Part shown: positions 59,283-64,000 of the stretch, one piece after another | Position numbering within the stretch: the first letter of the stretch is position 1 | Layout of the letters: every line of letters begins with the position of its first letter | Assembly (NCBI GenBank): GCA_020627945.1 | Contig: JAHDFW010000003.1 | Span: 7,599 to 71,598 of the forward strand | Direction of reading: 5' to 3' | Length of the DNA stretch: 64,000 nucleotides | Source of the DNA: Cytophagales bacterium | GTDB lineage: Bacteria; Bacteroidota; Bacteroidia; Cytophagales; JAHDFW01 | Made by a program: the position numbers and the translations under genes | Notes under the pieces: model-generated | Told to the model about the DNA's origin: nothing | What the model saw: the letters and a program-made list of their open reading frames with translations, nothing else | Databases searched by the model: none

Positions 59283-60299
59283 ATGGCTGAAGTAGCTGAA
59301 TATACATACAAAGATTTTGCTAGCGATCAGGAGGTTCGTTGGTGCCCAGGATGTGGTGATTACGCCATTCTAAGAGCCATTCAAAAAGCTCTTCCAGAAC
59401 TTGGTAGGAAAAAAGAAGATTTTCTATTCATTTCTGGAATTGGATGCTCGTCACGTTTTCCTTATTACATGAATACCTATGGAATGCACTCTTTACATGG
59501 AAGAGCTCCTGCATTCGCTACGGGTATGAAAATAGCTAACCCTGAATTAAGCGTTTGGCAAATTACTGGAGATGGTGACGCTTTAGCAATAGGGGGAAAT
59601 CACTTCATACATGCACTTAGAAGAAACATTGACATTAACATTCTGCTTTTCAACAACGAAATTTACGGTCTTACGAAAGGTCAATTTTCTCCAACAAGTG
59701 AGCAAGGAATTAAAACCAAGTCATCTCCTCAAGGATCTTTGGACACTCCTTTTATTCCAGGTGAACTAGTTCTTGGTGCAAGAGGAAGATTTTTCGCTCG
59801 TGTAGTTGACACCGATCCTAAGCACATGACTCAAATATTCATTGAATCAGAACAATTTCGAGGCACTTCCATGATTGAAATCCTACAAAACTGTGTGATA
59901 TTCAATGACAAAACTCATGCAGCAATTACTGCAAGAGACACTCGTGATGAATTCCAACTTCACCTTGAACATGGTAAGCCAATGATCTTTGGAAAAGAAA
60001 AAAACAAAGGTCTTGTTCTTAATGGGTTTAAATTAGAAGTAGTTACCATAGGAGAAAATGGAATTACTGAAGAAGATATTTTGGTTCACGATGCACATGA
60101 AGAGGACACTACTTTACATTCGATGTTAATTCGAATGAAAGCTCCAGAATTCCCTGTTGCTTTGGGAGTTATAAGAGCGGTTAAGGGTGAAACTTACAAT
60201 AACCTTGTAGAGGAACAAGTGGAGCAAGTTCGTGCCGCATCAAAATTTAATAACGTAGATGATCTACTTTTTAGTGGAGAAACGTGGGAAATTAGTTAA
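59283..60299 (+). CDS. korB: 2-oxoacid:ferredoxin oxidoreductase, beta subunit
   Basis: RWCPGCGDYAILRAIQKALPELG, GIGCSSRFPYYMNTYGMHSLHGRAPAFATGMKIANPELSVWQITGDGDALAIGGNHFIHALRRNID. Confidence 0.93.
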   Translation: MAEVAEYTYKDFASDQEVRWCPGCGDYAILRAIQKALPELGRKKEDFLFISGIGCSSRFPYYMNTYGMHSLHGRAPAFATGMKIANPELSVWQITGDGDALAIGGNHFIHALRRNIDINILLFNNEIYGLTKGQFSPTSEQGIKTKSSPQGSLDTPFIPGELVLGARGRFFARVVDTDPKHMTQIFIESEQFRGTSMIEILQNCVIFNDKTHAAITARDTRDEFQLHLEHGKPMIFGKEKNKGLVLNGFKLEVVTIGENGITEEDILVHDAHEEDTTLHSMLIRMKAPEFPVALGVIRAVKGETYNNLVEEQVEQVRAASKFNNVDDLLFSGETWEIS

Positions 60300-60389
60300 A
60301 TTTGAGGCCTAATTTGTCTAAATCGTTTAAAAACGAGTATTCAAAGCGGGTTTTAGCAAGAGATTACAAACAATATTGCGCAATACATT

Positions 60390-61391
60390 ATGGCTGCAAA
60401 AACTAAATACAGTAAAAAAACGTATATCGACTGGTACAAAATGATGCTTTTGGCCAGAAGATTTGAAGAAAAATGTGGTCACTTATATGTTCAGCAAAAA
60501 TTTGGAGGTTTCTGTCACTTATACATAGGGCAAGAAGCTATTCTAGCTGGATTGATGAGTGGTATCGAAAAAGACGACAAGGTAGTAAGTGCGTATAGAT
60601 GTCACGTACAACCTATGGCACTTGGTACTGATCCAAAACGAATCATGGCTGAACTTTACGGAAAAACTACAGGAGTAGTGAAAGGTAAAGGTGGTTCCAT
60701 GCACATGTTCGACAAAGAAGTAGGCTACTTTGGTGGTCACGGAATTGTTGGTGGACAAATCGGATTAGGAGCTGGAATCGGTTTCGCTGAGAAGTATAAG
60801 GGAACAAAAAACGTATGTCTTTGTTTCATGGGTGACGGTGCTACACGTCAGGGAATGTTACATGAAGTATTCAATATGTCGATGCTTTGGAAAATCCCTA
60901 CTATTTTCATCGTAGAAAACAACCGTTATTCAATGGGTACTTCTGTTGAAAGAACAACTAATGTTCATGACCTATCTAAGTTAGGCTTATCTTATGACAT
61001 GCCTTCTGAAACAGTTGATGGAATGGATCCTGAAGCAGTTACAGATGCTTTCAAAAAATGGGCAAAACACTGTAGAGCTGGAAAAGGACCTGTTCTTCTT
61101 AACGTTGAAACGTATAGATACAAAGGACATTCAATGTCTGACCCTCAAAAATATCGTACTAAAGACGAAGTTGAGAAGATGAAGAAGGAGGATCCGATTG
61201 AGCAAGTATTGAGTATTATTCGTAAGAATAAATTCATGACAGAAAAGCAAATTGAGCAAGTAGAAGCTGACGTGAAACAAGAAGTAGCAGAATGCGTGAA
61301 ATTTGCTGAAGATTCACCTCTTCCAAATGCAGAAACGGATTTGCACGAAGACGTGTACACACAAGAAGATTATCCATTTATCATAGAATAA
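60390..61391 (+). CDS. pdhA: Pyruvate dehydrogenase E1 component alpha subunit
   Basis: GFCHLYIGQEAILAGLMSGI, YRCHVQPMALGTDP, GKGGSMHMFDKEVGYFGGHGIVGGQIGLGAGIGFAEK and GDGATRQGMLHEVFNMS. Confidence 0.95.
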   Translation: MAAKTKYSKKTYIDWYKMMLLARRFEEKCGHLYVQQKFGGFCHLYIGQEAILAGLMSGIEKDDKVVSAYRCHVQPMALGTDPKRIMAELYGKTTGVVKGKGGSMHMFDKEVGYFGGHGIVGGQIGLGAGIGFAEKYKGTKNVCLCFMGDGATRQGMLHEVFNMSMLWKIPTIFIVENNRYSMGTSVERTTNVHDLSKLGLSYDMPSETVDGMDPEAVTDAFKKWAKHCRAGKGPVLLNVETYRYKGHSMSDPQKYRTKDEVEKMKKEDPIEQVLSIIRKNKFMTEKQIEQVEADVKQEVAECVKFAEDSPLPNAETDLHEDVYTQEDYPFIIE

Positions 61392-61402
61392 GAAATTAGA
61401 AA

Positions 61403-62638
61403 ATGGCTGAAATTATAAGAATGCCTAAACTAAGTGATACTATGACCGAAGGTGTAGTATCAGAATGGCATAAAAATGTAGGAGATAGCGTTAAAACGGG
61501 AGATCTCCTAGCTGAAATTGAAACAGACAAAGCGAACATGGAGTTTGAATCTCCTGAAGAAGGAGTTTTGCTTTACGTTGGTTTAGAAGCTGGTGCTGCT
61601 GCTCCAGTTAACTCTGTTTTAGCAATATTAGGAAAGAAAGGAGAAGATGTAGAAGCAATCCTTGCTGCTGAAGGAAATGGAGGCGGTTCAAGTGAAGCTG
61701 CTCCTGCTCCAGAAGAAAAGAAAGAAGAAGCTCCTGCTGCGGCTCCAGTTGCAACTAGCGCACCTGTAGCTAGCGATGGAAGTGTAAAGGCTTCTCCTCT
61801 TGCTAAGAAAATGGCTGCTGAAAAAGGCATCGACCTTTCTGCGGTGCAAGGAACTGGACCTGAGGGTAGAGTAGTTAAAAAGGACATAGAGTCATTTAAA
61901 GGATCTGCTGGAGGTGCAAGAACTGTTGTTCAAGGAAACAGACAAGATGAATCTGTTCCTCACTCAATGATGCGTAAAACTATTGCTAGAAGACTTTCTG
62001 AAAGTAAGTTTACTGCGCCTCACTTCTATTTGACGATGGACATCGACATGGACAATGCTATTCGCGATAGAAAAGCGCTTAATGCTGCATTAGAAGAAGA
62101 TGGTAGAAAAGTATCTTTCAATGACCTTGTGATGAAAGCTTGTGCATTGGCGCTTGTGAAGCATCCTAAAGTGAACTCACAATGGACGGACACGCACATT
62201 GTTTACAAAGGAGATATCAACGTAGGTATGGCTGTAGCTGTTCAGGATGGGCTTGTAGTACCAGTGATTAACCACGCAGACATACTGTCTATTTCAGACA
62301 TGTCTGCTGAATCTAAACAACTTGCTGGTAAAGCTAAAGAAGGTAAGCTTCAACCTGCTGAGATGGATGGAAATACGTTTACGGTTTCTAATCTTGGTAT
62401 GGCAGGAATAGAAAGTTTCACCTCCATTATAAACTCGCCAAGTTCTTGCATCATGGCCGTTGGCGCTATTCGTAACGAACCTGTAGTTAAGAACGGAGAA
62501 ATAGTAGTGGGTAACAAAATGAAAGTAACTCTTTCTTGTGATCACAGAGCCGTTGACGGAGCTGTTGGTTCTGACTTCCTTGGAACCTTTAAGAAAATAA
62601 TGGAAAATCCATTGGTGTATTTCGCAACCATTAACTAA
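61403..62638 (+). CDS. pdhC: Dihydrolipoamide acetyltransferase (PDH E2), single lipoyl domain
   Basis: Lipoyl motif LLAEIETDKANMEFESPEEGVLLYVG, Ala/Pro linker, peripheral-subunit-binding region ASPLAKKMAAEKGIDLSAVQGTGPEGRVVKKDI, catalytic LSCDHRAVDGAVGSDFL. Confidence 0.96.
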   Translation: MAEIIRMPKLSDTMTEGVVSEWHKNVGDSVKTGDLLAEIETDKANMEFESPEEGVLLYVGLEAGAAAPVNSVLAILGKKGEDVEAILAAEGNGGGSSEAAPAPEEKKEEAPAAAPVATSAPVASDGSVKASPLAKKMAAEKGIDLSAVQGTGPEGRVVKKDIESFKGSAGGARTVVQGNRQDESVPHSMMRKTIARRLSESKFTAPHFYLTMDIDMDNAIRDRKALNAALEEDGRKVSFNDLVMKACALALVKHPKVNSQWTDTHIVYKGDINVGMAVAVQDGLVVPVINHADILSISDMSAESKQLAGKAKEGKLQPAEMDGNTFTVSNLGMAGIESFTSIINSPSSCIMAVGAIRNEPVVKNGEIVVGNKMKVTLSCDHRAVDGAVGSDFLGTFKKIMENPLVYFATIN

Positions 62639-62645
62639 TAAAACC

Positions 62646-63623
62646 ATGAGAGAAATAGCATTCAGACAAGCACTTAATGAAGCAATGTCCGAGGAGATGC
62701 GGACTGACAAAAATATTTACCTCATGGGAGAAGAGGTAGCAGAATACAATGGAGCATACAAAGTTAGTAAAGGCATGTTGGACGAATTTGGTCCAGAACG
62801 TGTGATTGACTCTCCTATTTCTGAGTTAGGTTTTGCAGGTATCGCTGTTGGAGCTTCAATGAACGGACTAAGACCAATCGTTGAGTTCATGACATGGAAC
62901 TTTGCAATTCTTGCAGCTGACCAAATCATTAACCATGCAGCAAAGATGTTGCAAATGTCAGGTGGACAATTCAATTGCCCAATTGTATTTAGAGGTGGTA
63001 ATGGTACTGCTGGACAATTAGCAGCAACTCACTCGCAAAGTTTTGAGCAAATGTACTCTCACATCCCAGGTTTGAAGGTAATTACTCCTTCGAATCCTTA
63101 CGATGCAAAGGGGCTTTTAAAATCTGCAATCCGTGATAATGACCCTGTATTATTTATGGAGTCTGAAAAAATGTACGGGGACAAAGGAGAAGTACCTGAA
63201 GAAGAGTATTTAATTCCAATTGGTAAAGCCAACATCGTTAAAGAAGGTACTGACTGTACAATTGTAACTTTTGGTAAGATTCTTAAAGTAGCTCAAGCTG
63301 CTGCAGAAGAAATGGAAAAAGAAGGACACTCTATTGAGGTGATCGATCTTAGAACTATTCGCCCGATGGATGTTGAGAGTATTGTTAACTCTGTTAAAAA
63401 GACCAACAGACTAGTAGTAGTTGAAGAATCTTTCCCATTTGGTTCAATTTCTACAGAGATCACTTACAATGTGCAAAAGCATGCGTTCGATTATTTAGAT
63501 GCACCAGTAAGAAGAGTAACACAAAGTGACACGCCTTTCCCATTTAGCCCAACTTTATTGGAAGAAGCTGCACCTAATGTTAAGAATGTGATAAGAGCGA
63601 TTAAAGAGGTGATGTACCTATAA
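62646..63623 (+). CDS. pdhB: Pyruvate dehydrogenase E1 component beta subunit
   Basis: REIAFRQALNEAMSEEMRTDKNIYLMGEEVAEYNGAYKVSKGMLDEFGPERVIDSPISELGFAGIAVGAS. Confidence 0.96.
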   Translation: MREIAFRQALNEAMSEEMRTDKNIYLMGEEVAEYNGAYKVSKGMLDEFGPERVIDSPISELGFAGIAVGASMNGLRPIVEFMTWNFAILAADQIINHAAKMLQMSGGQFNCPIVFRGGNGTAGQLAATHSQSFEQMYSHIPGLKVITPSNPYDAKGLLKSAIRDNDPVLFMESEKMYGDKGEVPEEEYLIPIGKANIVKEGTDCTIVTFGKILKVAQAAAEEMEKEGHSIEVIDLRTIRPMDVESIVNSVKKTNRLVVVEESFPFGSISTEITYNVQKHAFDYLDAPVRRVTQSDTPFPFSPTLLEEAAPNVKNVIRAIKEVMYL

Positions 63624-63644
63624 AATTTTATAAATCAATTAAGT

Positions 63645-63679
63645 AATGCCACGTTGAGGAAAATCAGCGTGGCATTTTT
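63645..63679 (+). terminator. Rho-independent terminator after pdhB
   Basis: AATGCCACGTTGA-GGAAAA-TCAGCGTGGCATT (13-bp stem with one wobble) followed by TTT. Confidence 0.88.
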
Positions 63680-63742
63680 GTTTGGTGCAATTTACCACAC
63701 ATGTAAAAATACCAACCATTTATCCAATAAAACCTACCACTT

Positions 63743-63895
63743 ATAAAGTTGCGGTAACTTTATTCATAATCTCTGCGTAAATTCGAGTAATCTAGAATCA
63801 AACGTCGCTGCGATATAGTTTAGCTTAGGTGGTGGTTTGGTAATTTTTACCCCGGCTTCATTCCAAGCCACCAGGGTTTTGAGCAATCAAAACCC
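63743..63895. other. Hairpin-rich noncoding segment at the right edge of the window
   Basis: ATAAAGTT-gcggt-AACTTTAT; GGTGGTTTGG-N22-CCAAGCCACC (one G-U pair); GGGTTTTGA-GCAA-TCAAAACCC. No sizeable ORF is in the supplied track here. Confidence 0.4.
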
Positions 63896-64000
63896 CGCAG
63901 TGTACGTTGATTATTTAACTCCCATTCTAGAACTCCCACAGTATTTTTTGTAAACTAATAAGCATTCCTTATCGACTGCCCTAGAAATTCTCCTTCTTCT

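Noticed and set aside
61573-61887. Minus-strand 104-aa Ala/Ser-rich ORF in the E2 gene
   Set aside because: Reverse translation of the Ala/Pro/Glu-rich linker of the acetyltransferase.
63624-64000. Possible tRNA or integration site at the right edge
   Set aside because: The inverted repeats do not form a recognisable tRNA cloverleaf, and no integrase or direct-repeat pair is visible in this window.
1-64000. Searched by eye for tRNA, rRNA, CRISPR, transposase, integrase, restriction or phage structural genes
   Set aside because: Nothing convincing was found. Short noncoding RNAs cannot be excluded without covariance-model searches.

Overview
This 64 kb window looks like ordinary chromosome from a Bacteroidota bacterium, probably of the Flavobacteriales type. 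Support comes from type IX secretion (T9SS) C-terminal sorting signals, TAnnTTTG-like promoters and AT-rich intergenic DNA. I found no tRNA, rRNA, CRISPR array, integrase or transposase. Housekeeping genes include scpB, an RluB/RsuA-type pseudouridine synthase, sucD, a UvrA-family ATPase, a PpiD-like isomerase, an NhaD-like antiporter, lpdA, a 2-oxoacid:ferredoxin oxidoreductase pair, and PDH E1alpha/E2/E1beta. Several giant secreted multidomain proteins are also present. The most interesting region is about 32.6-44.8 kb, possibly extending to 57.2 kb. It is a very tightly packed same-strand cluster encoding (1) a nucleotide-transporter-like membrane protein with HEAT repeats and a cNMP-binding-like domain, (2) a membrane HAMP-SpoIIE/PP2C phosphatase, (3) a protein with three TIR/DUF4062-like segments, (4) an nSTAND-type P-loop NTPase followed by a predicted TM helix, a long coiled coil and WD40 repeats, (5) an outer-membrane beta-barrel-like protein and (6) a lipoprotein. 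Two giant paralogous T9SS cargo proteins follow. I propose it as a candidate trans-envelope signalling or conflict module. Its function and novelty cannot be established from sequence alone. Other notable items are cysteine-rich tandem repeats in one secreted protein, a secreted metalloprotease lacking an evident sorting domain, a variant archaemetzincin, and a hairpin-rich intergenic segment at the right edge. All family calls are from reading motifs; no database search was run.
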